Assembly: GCA_965224245.1 (NCBI GenBank)
Contig: OZ245046.1
Coordinates: forward strand, 2,752,001-2,816,000
Reading direction: 5' to 3'
Origin: Candidatus Eiseniibacteriota bacterium
GTDB taxonomy: Bacteria; Eisenbacteria; RBG-16-71-46; CAZAMP01
Length of the DNA stretch: 64,000 nucleotides
In this document: positions 39,705-50,634 of the stretch, piece after piece
Layout of the letters: every line of letters begins with the position of its first letter
Position numbering within the stretch: position 1 is the first letter of the stretch
Position numbers and translations under genes: made by a program
The notes under the pieces: model-generated
The model's input: only the letters and a program-made list of their open reading frames with translations
Databases searched by the model: none
What the model was told of the DNA's origin: nothing

Positions 39705-42700
39705 TCAGCGTGTGAGGGCCAACCGCTCGGTCGAGACCACGCCTTCCGACCGCAGGACCGCGATGTAGATCCCCGGGGAGAGTCGCCCCTGCACGTCTGA
39801 CACGCTCCAGGCCACCTGCCGGACACCGGGCTGGAAGTAGTCGTCCAGCACCCGGCCGACCCGGCGACCCGCGACGTCGTAGAGGTCGATCGTGACCCGA
39901 GCCCCCTCGGGCCGGCCCTCGCCCACTTCGGGGATCGAGAACCGGAACGTCGCCTCGGAGCGGAACGGGTTCGGATACACCCGATCGAGCGCGATGCTCC
40001 TCGGCAGCGACACGGACGCGCGCACCCAGAGCTCGAGGCTGGGCGCCGACTCGATCCCCGCCGTACTCACGGCGGTGACCGTGTAGTAGTAGGCGAGACC
40101 GGTCTCGGCCGTCTCGTCGACGAACCGCGTCTCGGGGATCGGCGTCGGGGTCAGACGGTCGAGAATCCCGCCCTGAGGGCGCCGGTAGACGTGGTAGCCC
40201 TGGATGCGCCCCTCGGCACTGGGTGTCCAGCTGAGGGCAACCCCGCCGGTCCCCACGGTCGCCGCGGGGACCTCCGGGGCCAGCGGCGGCGTCGTGTCGA
40301 CGTCCTCGGGCAGCGTGCGGACCTCGTCGCCGACGAGCCACCCGGACTCGAAGCCTCGCTCGTTCCGCGCCTGCACGCGGAAGCGATACGCGGAGTCGGC
40401 CGACAGCCCGGTGGCATCCCACGTCCTGACGCCGATCTCGAGCCAGCCCGACGCGATCGACGGCTCGGAGACGCTCTCGACCCGATACGCGAGCTCCTCC
40501 CCGTTCGGATCGACCGCCGGCTCCCAGGTGAGCCGGATGACGTCGTGGCCCATGGCCAGGGCGCTCAGGACCGGTGGCGCGCTCGGCGTCTGGTTCTCCG
40601 GTGGCGTGGTGACGTACGCCGACCCCGCCCAGCCGGACTGCGCCGGCGGTGTTCCATCGTCGCGCGCCCGCACGAGGAACTTGTACGTGGTCTCGGGCTG
40701 GAGTTCGGTGGCCTCCCAGCTCGTGATCCCGCCGGAGAGCCATCCGGACTGGATCGTGGCATCGGTGGCCTCGCGGACGTAGTACTCGATCTGATCGCCG
40801 TCGGGATCGGTGGCCCCGGTCCAGGTGATGTGGATCGTCGTCGCGGACGTGGCCTGGGCCACGACGTCGCGGGGCTCGGTGGGGCCCTGGTTCGGGCCGG
40901 GATCGGTGACGACCTCGTTCGAGCCGGCCCAGCCGGACTGCGCGGGCGGGTCGGCGTCGTCGCGCGCCCGGACGAGGAAGCGATACGTCGTGAACGGCGC
41001 CAGATCGGTCACCAGCCAGGACGTGGTCGAGGCCGGGAGCCAGCCGCTGGTCAGCTCGGCGTCGTCGACCTCGCGGACGAGATACTCGATCGGGTCGCCA
41101 TCGGGATCGACCGCCGGATCCCAGGTGATGAGGACCTCGCGCTGGCCTTCCACGGTGGCACGTACGTTCGAGGGCTCGCTCGGCGGACGGTTCGGCGTGT
41201 CGGCGGTCGTGGCCTCGTTCGTGGTCGCCCAGTCGGACTCGAGCGGCGGTGACGCGTCGTCGCGCGCGCGCACGCGGAACGTGTACGTCGTGTGGGACGT
41301 GAGGTCGGTCGCGTCCCAGCGGGTGGTTCCCGCGGGAAGCCACCCGCTCGTGATCGACGGGGACCCCACGGCCTCGACGTAGAACTCGACCGCATCTCCA
41401 TCCGGATCACCGAGGTCGATCCACGTGACGCGGATGGACGTGGGACCCAGCACGGTGGCCGTGGGCTCGCCGGGGACGGCCGGCGGCCGGTTGCCCGGCG
41501 CGTCGGTCGTGACGAAGTTGGACCCGGCCCACCCGGAGCGTGCCGGGGGATCGGCGTCGTCGCGGGCGCGCACGAGGAACTTGTACGTGGTGGCCGGCTC
41601 CAGACCGGTGGCCCGCCACGACGTCGTGCCCGCCGGCAGCCAGTCGCTGGTGATGGTCGCGTCGTCGACGTCGCGGACGAAGTACTCGATCGGGTCGCCG
41701 TCCGGGTCGGTCGCCTCGCTCCAGGTGATCTCGACCTCGGTGGATCCGAGCGCGGTCGCCACGACGTTCGTGGGCTCGCTCGGGGGCTGGTTGTCCACGA
41801 CGCCGGTCTCGACGGCGTTGGACACGACCCAGTCGGACTGGAGCGGCGGGTCGGCGTCGTCGCGGGCGACGATGCGGAACTCGTACCGCGTGCCGGACGT
41901 CAGGTCCGACGCGAGCCAGTCCATCGTGCCGGGCGGGAGCCAGCCGCTGCTCAGACCGGGATCGGTGGTGTCCTCGAGGTAGAACTCGACCGGATCCCCG
42001 TCGGGATCTCCCTTGTCGATCCAGGTGACGCGTACGGCGGTCTCCCCGATCACGGTGGCCGTCACGTCGATCGGCGCGTTGGGCGGTCGGTTCGGCGGAT
42101 CGTCGGTCGTGACCTCGTTGGAGCCGGCCCAGCCGGACTGCGCCGGCGGGTCGCCGTCGTCCCGCGCGCGCACGAGGAACCGGTAGGTCGTGGACGGCTC
42201 GAGCCCGGTGGCGGTCCAGGAGGTGGTGCCCACCGGCAGCCAATCGCTGGCGATCTCGGCGTCGTCGACGTCACGGACGTAGTACTGGACCGCATCGCCG
42301 TCCGGGTCGCCGGTGGCCGTCCAGTCGATGCGAACCTCGGAATCGCCGAGAACCGTGGCCACGACGTCGATCGGCTCGTATGGGGGCTGGTTGAATGCCT
42401 CGCCGGTCGCCACGGTGTTGGTCGTGGCCCAGCCGGAGTAGAGCGGCGGATCACCGTCGTCCCGGCCGCGGACCCGGAACTGATACTCGGTCGCCGGCTG
42501 GAGCCCGGTGGCCTCCCAGCTCGTGGTGCCCGGCGGCAGCCATCCGCTGGCGATCGACGCGTCGCCGATCTCCTCGACGTAGAACTCGACGGGATCTCCG
42601 TCGGGATCGCCGTTGTCGACCCAGCTCACGCGGACGGAGGTCGGTCCCAGGCTCACGGCCACCGCCGCGGAGGGATCGTTCGGCGGCGAGGACGTCGCGT

Positions 42701-44525
42701 CCGTGGTGGCCGACGCGTCGGTGGAGCTGAGCGCGCAGCGCTCGGGTACGCCGTCGTCACAGGCCTGGATTCGATACGTATATCGTGTGCCCGGATCCAG
42801 GCCGATGTCCGTGAACGAGATGCGACCGGTGCCGCCGGTCACCGAGCCCACGACGCCCCCGCCGGCGTGGGCGTACTCGCGGACGTCGTATCGGATGTCG
42901 CCGGGCGACGTCCGGTCGTCGGTGACCGCATCCCAGGACACGGTGATCGACGTCGGCCCGTCGGCCACCGCCGACAGGTTGGACGGCGGGCTCGGCGGAT
43001 CGTTGCCGTCGCCGCCGCCCTCGCCCGTCAGGAGATGCAGCGTCCAGTCGCCGGAGCTCGGCGCCGAGAACGAGCGGGATCCACCGCCGGTGGTGGTGCC
43101 CGCGCTCTGCGTGGCGCCGGTGATGCAGTTGAGCCACGTGCCGCTGACGCTTCCCGACACCGCCGACAGGTTCACCGAAACGGTGCCCCCGCTGGGCATG
43201 TAGACGACGTACTCGACGCCGGGCACCGCCGACAGGGCGGCCCGGCTGCCCGAGACCAGCTCGTCGTGCGGCACGAGCGCGCCGAAGTTCTCGACGTCGT
43301 CGCGGAAGAACCGCTGCGCGACACCCACGTCGGGAGCCACTGCCAGGTCGGACGCGTAGTCCCGGTCGAGATAGCCGGCATTCTGGACGGCGGTGAAGTA
43401 CACACCGGTACCCCCGGTCAGACCGGCCTCCCAGACAACCTCACGCAGCAGCTCGCGCGTCCAGCCGCGCCCGGAGTCGTCCTCGCGAAAGCGATCGCAG
43501 AACGCCATCGGGACGTCGCGACCGGTCCACTTCTCGACGATGAGATTGCGGGTGACCTCGCTCCGGTGGCGGTCACCATCCGAGTAGTAGTCGGGGTTCT
43601 CGGGGATCCAGCCGGTCTGGCCACCGGAGGTGTTGAAGCCCGTACGGCTGCCGACCGGGTGATCCCACGGGTCGTTGTCGCGGAACCAGTCGATGAACCA
43701 GTTGACCCAGTCCTCGGAGCGGTGCTCGACGACGTCGATCGCCGTGTCCCAGACCACGATCGGATAGGCGCCGAAGCGGGCCACGGTGTACTTGAAGAGC
43801 TGGATCTCCTCCTCGGAGTACTCCGCCATGCCGTTGGCGCTCGGGGCATCACCGTCGTCGGTGTACATCATGATGTAGTGCCCCATGCCCCGGTCCCGAA
43901 GATAGTCGTAGTGCTCGTTCATGCGATCCCAGACCGGCAGGTAGTACTCGTCGAGCGTCCCGGAGACGAGCACGTTCCAGGCCTGTGGCTGGCGGAAGTA
44001 CACGAGCGTGGTGCCGATCATCCTCGCGCCGACGGTCTCGTCGGCCCAGTCGATGAAGTCGCGGATGCCGGCGTCGAGATCGGTCGTGCGGAAGTACTCG
44101 CGCGTGGGGATCCACACCGGCTGGGTCGCCTCGCCGTCCGCGAGCTTCCAGCGGCGAGTGGCGTACGGCTCGAGGCTTCCCGGCAGCCCCGACGAGACAC
44201 AGGTGAACGAGCCCGTCTTGGCGTTCAGATCGGAGTCCGGCGACGAGGTGACGAACGTCCACTCACCGGTGCGATCGGGCATGAAGTAGATCTTCCACGT
44301 GTCGTCGCCCGCGTAGAAGCCGAACTGCGTCAGCGTTCGCCCCGAGGACGTGTGCGTGAACGTGCCGGTAAAATCGATGTGGAACGGATTGCCGCTGTAG
44401 CTCGTGTTCGTGTAGACCGCTTCGAAGCGCTTCCACTTGCCGACGTCTTCTGCGGCCGCGTCTCCGGGTAGGAGGGAAGAGGTGACGAGCGTAACGAGGA
44501 TCGCACTCCGCACTGTTCTCAGCAT
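39705..44525 (-). CDS. Secreted DUF5060/DUF4038-like (GH140-related) protein with 10 Fn3 domains and FlgD-Ig-type CTD
   Basis: Signal peptide; NPF..F.H..GFYAG..WKIYFMP..GEWTF.T.S (DUF5060-like), YTVARFGAYP..W; Fn3 repeats; C-terminal YPNPF..IDLYDVAGRRV..PGIY. Confidence 0.75.
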   Translation of the reverse strand: MLRTVRSAILVTLVTSSLLPGDAAAEDVGKWKRFEAVYTNTSYSGNPFHIDFTGTFTHTSSGRTLTQFGFYAGDDTWKIYFMPDRTGEWTFVTSSPDSDLNAKTGSFTCVSSGLPGSLEPYATRRWKLADGEATQPVWIPTREYFRTTDLDAGIRDFIDWADETVGARMIGTTLVYFRQPQAWNVLVSGTLDEYYLPVWDRMNEHYDYLRDRGMGHYIMMYTDDGDAPSANGMAEYSEEEIQLFKYTVARFGAYPIVVWDTAIDVVEHRSEDWVNWFIDWFRDNDPWDHPVGSRTGFNTSGGQTGWIPENPDYYSDGDRHRSEVTRNLIVEKWTGRDVPMAFCDRFREDDSGRGWTRELLREVVWEAGLTGGTGVYFTAVQNAGYLDRDYASDLAVAPDVGVAQRFFRDDVENFGALVPHDELVSGSRAALSAVPGVEYVVYMPSGGTVSVNLSAVSGSVSGTWLNCITGATQSAGTTTGGGSRSFSAPSSGDWTLHLLTGEGGGDGNDPPSPPSNLSAVADGPTSITVSWDAVTDDRTSPGDIRYDVREYAHAGGGVVGSVTGGTGRISFTDIGLDPGTRYTYRIQACDDGVPERCALSSTDASATTDATSSPPNDPSAAVAVSLGPTSVRVSWVDNGDPDGDPVEFYVEEIGDASIASGWLPPGTTSWEATGLQPATEYQFRVRGRDDGDPPLYSGWATTNTVATGEAFNQPPYEPIDVVATVLGDSEVRIDWTATGDPDGDAVQYYVRDVDDAEIASDWLPVGTTSWTATGLEPSTTYRFLVRARDDGDPPAQSGWAGSNEVTTDDPPNRPPNAPIDVTATVIGETAVRVTWIDKGDPDGDPVEFYLEDTTDPGLSSGWLPPGTMDWLASDLTSGTRYEFRIVARDDADPPLQSDWVVSNAVETGVVDNQPPSEPTNVVATALGSTEVEITWSEATDPDGDPIEYFVRDVDDATITSDWLPAGTTSWRATGLEPATTYKFLVRARDDADPPARSGWAGSNFVTTDAPGNRPPAVPGEPTATVLGPTSIRVTWIDLGDPDGDAVEFYVEAVGSPSITSGWLPAGTTRWDATDLTSHTTYTFRVRARDDASPPLESDWATTNEATTADTPNRPPSEPSNVRATVEGQREVLITWDPAVDPDGDPIEYLVREVDDAELTSGWLPASTTSWLVTDLAPFTTYRFLVRARDDADPPAQSGWAGSNEVVTDPGPNQGPTEPRDVVAQATSATTIHITWTGATDPDGDQIEYYVREATDATIQSGWLSGGITSWEATELQPETTYKFLVRARDDGTPPAQSGWAGSAYVTTPPENQTPSAPPVLSALAMGHDVIRLTWEPAVDPNGEELAYRVESVSEPSIASGWLEIGVRTWDATGLSADSAYRFRVQARNERGFESGWLVGDEVRTLPEDVDTTPPLAPEVPAATVGTGGVALSWTPSAEGRIQGYHVYRRPQGGILDRLTPTPIPETRFVDETAETGLAYYYTVTAVSTAGIESAPSLELWVRASVSLPRSIALDRVYPNPFRSEATFRFSIPEVGEGRPEGARVTIDLYDVAGRRVGRVLDDYFQPGVRQVAWSVSDVQGRLSPGIYIAVLRSEGVVSTERLALTR
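40590..42690 (-). repeat. Seven Fn3-coding repeats at an exact 300-bp period
   Basis: Homologous segments recur at 40621, 40921, 41221, 41521, 41821, 42121 and 42421. Confidence 0.9.
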
Positions 44526-45040
44526 CGACGCTGCCTCCCGGTGGTGTGCCACTGCGCACGGATCCAGGACTCGGTATGGGTAGTTCGGATTCGGTGCAAC
44601 GGCTCTGCCGCTCTGGAGGCGGGTTTGCGCCGATCGCTGGCGAGGGTTTGTATCAGACATCGGGCTCGCAGTTCAACCGCCCCGTGCCCGGAATCTCGCT
44701 TTCCGCGAACACCCATCGCCTCGCGCACCGTATCCACCTACATGGATCGGTCCATCTCGACCGCTTCCCGCGTTCTAAATGCACGTGTGCACACGCGGGA
44801 GTCGACCCCGGGTCGGGCGGATCCCGGCCGACCTCCGACGCAACCGGGAGTGGCGGCCGATCGCCGAAGACCTTGGGAACACGTTCGTTGAGTTCGTGGT
44901 CCGGCACCGCGGCGCCCGACCGAGCGCTCGATCGAGGGCGGGAACCATCGGGAGGCCCCCCGGCCCGAACACCGATCGGCGTCGCGCCGCGGCGCGCACG
45001 GCCGGGAATCCCAGTGCCGGCGCGCCCTCGCGCCTCCGGG

Positions 45041-45901
45041 CTAGCGGAACACGACGGTGCGGTTGTCGCAGACGATCGTGCGCCGGGTCAGGTGCGAGAA
45101 CACGCCCCTGGCCAGCACGACCTTCTCCAGGTCGCGTCCCTTGCGGATCAGGTCCGCGATGGAGTCCCGGTGCGTCACGTGCGTGACGTCCTGCTCGATG
45201 ATCGGCCCCTCGTCGAGATCGGCGGTGACGTAGTGGCTGGTCGCGCCGATGATCTTGACGCCCCGCTCGTGCGCCGAGTGGTACGGCCGGGCCCCGGGAA
45301 AGGCCGGGAGGAACGAGTGGTGAATGTTGATGATGCGATTCGGGTAGCGTGAGACGAACTCGGTCGAGAGCACCTGCATGTAGCGCGCGAGCACGATCAG
45401 CTCGACGTTCTCGCGCTCGATGAGGGCGATCTCCTCCGCCTCCTGCTGGGCCTTGTTCTCGGTCGTGATCGGAAACACGTGACAGGGCACGCCGAACGCG
45501 TCGGCCACGCGCCGCGTCTCCTCGTGATTGCTGATGATGAGCGCGATCTCGCAGCGCCACCCCCGGGACTGCCATCGCGAGAGCATGTCGTAGAGACAGT
45601 GATGACGCCGGGATGCGAAGATGGCGATCCGGGGGCGGTCGTCGGAGAAATGCAGCGACCAGTCCATCCCGTACTTCTCGGCGACCAGGATGCGGAAGAA
45701 CTCCGCGATCTTCTCACGCGGGATCCCGAAGGACGACAGGTCCCACTCGACGCGCATGAAGAACCGGCTCCGCCGATCGTCCACGTGCTCGTCGACGTCC
45801 AGGATGTTGCCGCCGTTCTCCTGGAGGAACGTCGCGATGTTGGCGACGATCCCCGGCCGGTCCGGACAGTGGACGAGGAGAATCGCGGACGGGGATCTCA
45901 T
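45041..45901 (-). CDS. purU: Formyltetrahydrofolate deformylase
   Basis: CPDRPGIVA ACT domain, LARYMQVL, INIHHSFLPAF.GA.PY, GVKIIGATSHYVT.DLDEGPIIEQ. Confidence 0.97.
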   Translation of the reverse strand: MRSPSAILLVHCPDRPGIVANIATFLQENGGNILDVDEHVDDRRSRFFMRVEWDLSSFGIPREKIAEFFRILVAEKYGMDWSLHFSDDRPRIAIFASRRHHCLYDMLSRWQSRGWRCEIALIISNHEETRRVADAFGVPCHVFPITTENKAQQEAEEIALIERENVELIVLARYMQVLSTEFVSRYPNRIINIHHSFLPAFPGARPYHSAHERGVKIIGATSHYVTADLDEGPIIEQDVTHVTHRDSIADLIRKGRDLEKVVLARGVFSHLTRRTIVCDNRTVVFR

Positions 45902-46001
45902 GGTCGACTCGATGCCTTCCTTCTCGGTCCGCTCGGTCGAGGACGACGGCCATCCCCTGCCTCGCCCCCACGCCGAGCGCGCACGGGGATCGTGGACTCT
46001 C

Positions 46002-47180
46002 TCATGGGAAGAACCGGCGCTTCTCGCGCGACATGCGCCGCAGCTGCGCGCTGGGGCGGTAGCGGTCCTCGCCGTACTCGTGGTGGAGCGCGGTCAGCCA
46101 CTTCAGCACCTGACGCACGCCGAGATCGTCGCACCAGCGCAGGAGCCCCTTCGGGAAGTTCAGCCCCAGCGTGACCGCACGATCGATGTCGGTGGCGTCG
46201 CCGATCCCGTACAGCACGGCGTCGGCCGCCTCGTTGATCAGGAGGGCCAGGATCCGCACGAAGATGCCTTTGGCCAGCTTGCCGTCGCGCTTGGCCACCG
46301 GCGCGGGCGCGCCGTCGGTGTGATCGTAGTACCCGTGGCCGGACTTCCGTCCTAGACGTCCCGCTTCGACCATCCGGAGCTGCGTGATCGCCGGCCGGTA
46401 GCGGGGCTCGTGAAAGGACGACTCGTACATGCCGCGCGTGGTGGCCAGGCTCACGTCGGTGCCGACGAGATCCATCAGCTCGAACGGCCCCATCTTGAAG
46501 CCGCCCCGCTCGCGCATGGCCCAGTCGATCGTGGGCACGTCCGCGATCCCCTCTTCCAGGATCCGGAGTGCCTCGCCGTAGAACGGCCGGGCGACGCGAT
46601 TGACGATGAAGCCGGGCGTGTCCTTCGCGAGCACGGTCGCCTTCTCCCAGCGGTCCACGATCGAGCGGGCCTCGTTCACGACCCACTCGTCCGTCCGGAG
46701 GCCGGGTACGACCTCGACCAGCTTCATCCGCGTGGCAGGGTTGAAGAAGTGCGTGCCGATGACGCGCCCGGGTACGCGACAGGCCGACGCCAGTGCCGTC
46801 ACCGACAGCGACGACGTGTTGGTGGCGAGAATGCAGGACTCGCCCACTGCATGCTCCAGCGCCGCGAACAGCGACTGCTTGGCCGCGAGGTCCTCCACGA
46901 TCGCCTCCACCACGAGACCGGCATGGCGGGCCGATCCGACGTCGGCGTCGGTGGTGAGCCGTGCCCGGATGGAGGCGGCGTGGTCGGCGTCGATGCGATC
47001 CCTGGCGAGCTGCCGCTCGAGGCTCGCATCGATGGCCCCGGTGGCGGCATCGAGCGCCGCGGCGTCGGCGTCGATCAGGGTCACGTTGTGCCCGGCGGTG
47101 GCCGCCACCTGGGCGATGCCGCGCCCCATCGTGCCGGCGCCGATCACGCTCACGTTTGCCGGAGACGGCGTCAGACCCAT
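46002..47180 (-). CDS. 3-hydroxyacyl-CoA dehydrogenase (PaaH-like)
   Basis: IGAGTMGRGIA, EAIVE, ATNTSSL, HFFNP, PGFIVNR, MGPFELMD. Confidence 0.92.
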   Translation of the reverse strand: MGLTPSPANVSVIGAGTMGRGIAQVAATAGHNVTLIDADAAALDAATGAIDASLERQLARDRIDADHAASIRARLTTDADVGSARHAGLVVEAIVEDLAAKQSLFAALEHAVGESCILATNTSSLSVTALASACRVPGRVIGTHFFNPATRMKLVEVVPGLRTDEWVVNEARSIVDRWEKATVLAKDTPGFIVNRVARPFYGEALRILEEGIADVPTIDWAMRERGGFKMGPFELMDLVGTDVSLATTRGMYESSFHEPRYRPAITQLRMVEAGRLGRKSGHGYYDHTDGAPAPVAKRDGKLAKGIFVRILALLINEAADAVLYGIGDATDIDRAVTLGLNFPKGLLRWCDDLGVRQVLKWLTALHHEYGEDRYRPSAQLRRMSREKRRFFP

Positions 47181-49483
47181 TACTTGAACCTCGGGGTGAA
47201 GCGGTCGATGGATGCGTACGGCGCCGGCCACGGCATGGGGTACCCGAGCTCGTAGGCGGCGTGCCGCGTCCAGTACGGGTTCCACAGATGCATGCGGGCC
47301 AGCGCGCAGAGATCCGCACGGCCGGCGGCCAGGATCGTGTTCACGTCCGTGAACGACGAGATGTTCCCGACCGCCATCGTCGGAATGCCGACCTCGTGCC
47401 GGATGCGATCCGAGAACGGCGTCTGGAACAGCCGCCCGTACACGGGCCGCTGATCGGGGACGGTCTGTCCGGCCGACACGTCGGTGAGATCGCATCCGTG
47501 CATGGCCAGCATGCGCGCCACGTTCACGGCGTCGTCCGCCTCCATGCCGCCGGGGTACCAGTCGGTGGCCGAGATCCGCACCGAGATCGGCTTGTGTGCC
47601 GGCCACACCTCGCGGACGGCGTCCAGCACCTCCAGTGGATAGCGCATCCGGTTCGAAAGCGGGCCGCCGTAGTCATCGGTGCGCCGGTTCGTGAGGGGAG
47701 AGATGAAGCTCGCCAGGAGGTACCCATGGGCGAAGTGCAGCTCGACCAGATCGAAGCCCGCCTCCCCGGCCAGGTGCGTCGCGCGCACGAAGTCGTCCCG
47801 TACGGCATCCATGTCGGCCCGCGTCATCTGCCTCGGCACCTGACTGTAGGAGAACCACGGGATCGGCGACGGCGCCACGAGCGGCCAGTCCCCCTCCGGG
47901 AGCGGCTCGTCGGCGCCCTCCCAGGGCACGCGGGTGGCGCCCTTCCGGCCGGCGTGGGAGAGCTGCACCCCGATCTTCGCGTCGGTGTGCGCGTGCACGA
48001 AGTCCACGATGCGGCGCCACGCCGGGACGTGGGCACCCTCGTAGAGCCCGGTGCACCCCGGCGAGATACGGCCCTCGGCGCTCACGTCGGTCATCTCGGT
48101 CATCACCAGCCCCGCGCCGCCGATCGCGCGGCTTCCCAGGTGAACGAGGTGCCAGTCGTTCGGGAGTCCCTCGCGCGCGCTGTACTGGCACATGGCCGAC
48201 ACGACGACGCGGTTCTCGAGGCGGAGATCGCGCAGGCGGAACGCGGTCATGCACGGAGGAGGCGGCGCGCCGGCCGGGGACAGAGGAGTGGGCCGGCCGC
48301 TGGCGGCATCGGCCTGGGCGTGAAACCACGCATCGACCTCGCGAACGTACCCGGGGTCGCGCGCCCGCAGATCCTCGTGCGTGATGCGGAGACTCCGGGT
48401 CAGGAGCGTGAAGCCGAACTGCACGGGCTCGAGGTCATGGTACCGCTCGACCTCCTCGAACCAGACGAGACTCGCCTGCGCGGCTCGCTGGAGGCTCTCG
48501 ACCGGCGGACGTCGCTCGGCCTCGTAGGCGTCGAGGGCCTTCCGGACGCCGTCCTGCATCGTCCGCCGGTCGCCGGGAACGCCGCGCCCCCCTCCCAGCG
48601 CGCCGAAGGCCTCGCGGAGCGCGATGGCGTCCTCGAGCGCGAGCTTCGTCCCCGATCCCACCGAGAAGTGGGCGGTATGGGCGGCGTCCCCGACCAGGAC
48701 GACGTTCTCGTGACTCCATCGTCCGTTTCGCACCGTCGGAAAGCGGCGCCAGATCGAGCGGTTGCCCACGAGCCGGTGTCCGTCCAGCTCCTCGGCGAAG
48801 AGCGCCTCGCAAAACGAGACCGCCGCCGATTCGTCGTCGGGATCGAGCCCGGCGCGGTCGAACGTCTGGCCGGTGGCTTCGACGATGAACGTCGAGAGCC
48901 CGTTCTCGTACTGATACGCGTGGCCACGCCACAGCCCGTGCTCGTCCTCTTTGAAGTAGAACGTGAACGCCGGAAACGGACGGGTGGTCCCCAGCCAGAC
49001 GAACCGATTCGGCCGCAGGTCGATGGTCGTCTCGAAGTGCTCACGCCGGTCGTCACGGATGCGGCTGTTGATGCCGTCCGCCGCGATCACGAGATCCGCC
49101 TCGCGGTGAGCGTCCAGAGCATGCACGTCGGTCTCGAACCGAACGTCGACCCCGACCTCCCGGGCCCGCTCGGCCAGGATCGACAGAAGACCGAGGCGCG
49201 AGAGACCCGCGAAGCCGTGTCCGGTGGATCTGAGGACGCGGCCCCGGTAGTGGATGTCGATGTCGTCCCAGTGAGTGAAGCGATCGGTGATGGCGCGCCA
49301 GGACGGCTCGTCCGCCTCGCGGAGGTTGTCCATCGTGGCGTCCGAGAACACCACGCCGAAGCCGAACGTGTCGTCGATCCGGTTGCGTTCGAACACCGTC
49401 ACGTCTCGGGACGGATCGGCCAGCTTGAACAGGATCGCCGAGTAGAGGCCGCCGGGCCCTCCGCCCACGACGTGGATCTTCAC
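47180..49483 (-). CDS. abmA: Bifunctional anthraniloyl/salicylyl-CoA monooxygenase-reductase
   Basis: [40 protein letters not shown] fused to an OYE-like domain ([29 protein letters not shown]). Confidence 0.9.
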   Translation of the reverse strand: MKIHVVGGGPGGLYSAILFKLADPSRDVTVFERNRIDDTFGFGVVFSDATMDNLREADEPSWRAITDRFTHWDDIDIHYRGRVLRSTGHGFAGLSRLGLLSILAERAREVGVDVRFETDVHALDAHREADLVIAADGINSRIRDDRREHFETTIDLRPNRFVWLGTTRPFPAFTFYFKEDEHGLWRGHAYQYENGLSTFIVEATGQTFDRAGLDPDDESAAVSFCEALFAEELDGHRLVGNRSIWRRFPTVRNGRWSHENVVLVGDAAHTAHFSVGSGTKLALEDAIALREAFGALGGGRGVPGDRRTMQDGVRKALDAYEAERRPPVESLQRAAQASLVWFEEVERYHDLEPVQFGFTLLTRSLRITHEDLRARDPGYVREVDAWFHAQADAASGRPTPLSPAGAPPPPCMTAFRLRDLRLENRVVVSAMCQYSAREGLPNDWHLVHLGSRAIGGAGLVMTEMTDVSAEGRISPGCTGLYEGAHVPAWRRIVDFVHAHTDAKIGVQLSHAGRKGATRVPWEGADEPLPEGDWPLVAPSPIPWFSYSQVPRQMTRADMDAVRDDFVRATHLAGEAGFDLVELHFAHGYLLASFISPLTNRRTDDYGGPLSNRMRYPLEVLDAVREVWPAHKPISVRISATDWYPGGMEADDAVNVARMLAMHGCDLTDVSAGQTVPDQRPVYGRLFQTPFSDRIRHEVGIPTMAVGNISSFTDVNTILAAGRADLCALARMHLWNPYWTRHAAYELGYPMPWPAPYASIDRFTPRFK

Positions 49484-50634
49484 GAGCCGCTCTCCCCGTG
49501 CATGCCGATCAGCTGACCGGCGATCAGGAGTCGCTGGATCTCGGTCGTGCCCTCGTAGATCCGGAGCGCCCGCACGGCTCGCTGAAGATGATCGACGACA
49601 TGGTCGGCCATCACGCCGCGTCCCCCGAGAATCTGCACCGCGCCGTCGACGATGCGTCCGGCGGCCTCGGTCGCGTACGACTTCGCCATCGCCGCCTCCA
49701 GCGTCACCCGGGAGGCACCCCCGTCCTTCGCCCACGCCGTGCGGTACACGAGCAGGCGGCTCGCCACGAGCTCGGTCGCCATGCGCGCCAGCTTGTCCTG
49801 AACGAGCTGAAACTCGACCAGCGGCTGACCGAACTGCCGGCGCGTGCGCGCGTGCGCGAGCGCCTCGTCCAGTGCCCGGGCGGCCATCCCGCACGCGGTC
49901 GCGCCGACCGAGCCGCGCAGCCGATCCAGCACCCCGAGCCCGACGCGGAGCCCCTTTCCCTCCTCCATCAGGCGATGATCGAGTGGGATGCGACACCCGC
50001 CGAACGACACCTCGCCCAGCGGGTGCGGCGCGCTCATGACCTGCGCGCCCGCGAAGCGGCAGCCCGATGTCGACGCGGGCACGACGAACGCGGAGATGCC
50101 CGCGCCCTCCACGGTCGCGAACACGACGTAGACGTCGGCGATGCCGGCGTTGGAGATGAACGCCTTCTCACCCTCGATCACGTATTGATCGCCGTCACGC
50201 CGCGCCGTCGTGCGCAGCGCCCCCACGTCCGATCCCGCCTCCCGCTCGGTCATCGCGAAGCCACCGATCGCCGTACCCTCCAGGAGCGGGCCGAGCCACC
50301 GATCCCGCATGGCCGCGTTCCCTGAGACGATCAGGGACGTCGCCGCGAGCGCCTGGATCGCGAACACCGCGTCCGCCAGCGGAGAGTGGTAGCCGAGCGC
50401 CTCGCGCGCGATGGCGACCCGGCGCAGGTCCTGGGCTCCGATGGCCTCGAGCCAGCCGCCCCGGGCGAGGCGGATGGCGATCCCGGGCGCCTGGGCGCGG
50501 GCGTCCGCGTCGGACTCGGGTAGCGGGCGCGCGGTCAGCTCGGGGGCCGACGCGTGCACCCGATCCATCCACTCGACGTGCCGCGGCTCGAGAAAGGCGC
50601 GGACGGGCGCCGCGTCCAGCATGAACGCGCTCAC
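49480..50634 (-). CDS. Acyl-CoA dehydrogenase (AbmD-like)
   Basis: [43 protein letters not shown]. Confidence 0.92.
   Translation of the reverse strand: MSAFMLDAAPVRAFLEPRHVEWMDRVHASAPELTARPLPESDADARAQAPGIAIRLARGGWLEAIGAQDLRRVAIAREALGYHSPLADAVFAIQALAATSLIVSGNAAMRDRWLGPLLEGTAIGGFAMTEREAGSDVGALRTTARRDGDQYVIEGEKAFISNAGIADVYVVFATVEGAGISAFVVPASTSGCRFAGAQVMSAPHPLGEVSFGGCRIPLDHRLMEEGKGLRVGLGVLDRLRGSVGATACGMAARALDEALAHARTRRQFGQPLVEFQLVQDKLARMATELVASRLLVYRTAWAKDGGASRVTLEAAMAKSYATEAAGRIVDGAVQILGGRGVMADHVVDHLQRAVRALRIYEGTTEIQRLLIAGQLIGMHGESGS

Noticed and set aside
44590-44655. Minus-strand CAAACC...GGCGCAAA resembling a c-di-GMP-I riboswitch
   Set aside because: Lacks the GNRA tetraloop, the tetraloop receptor and a convincing P1
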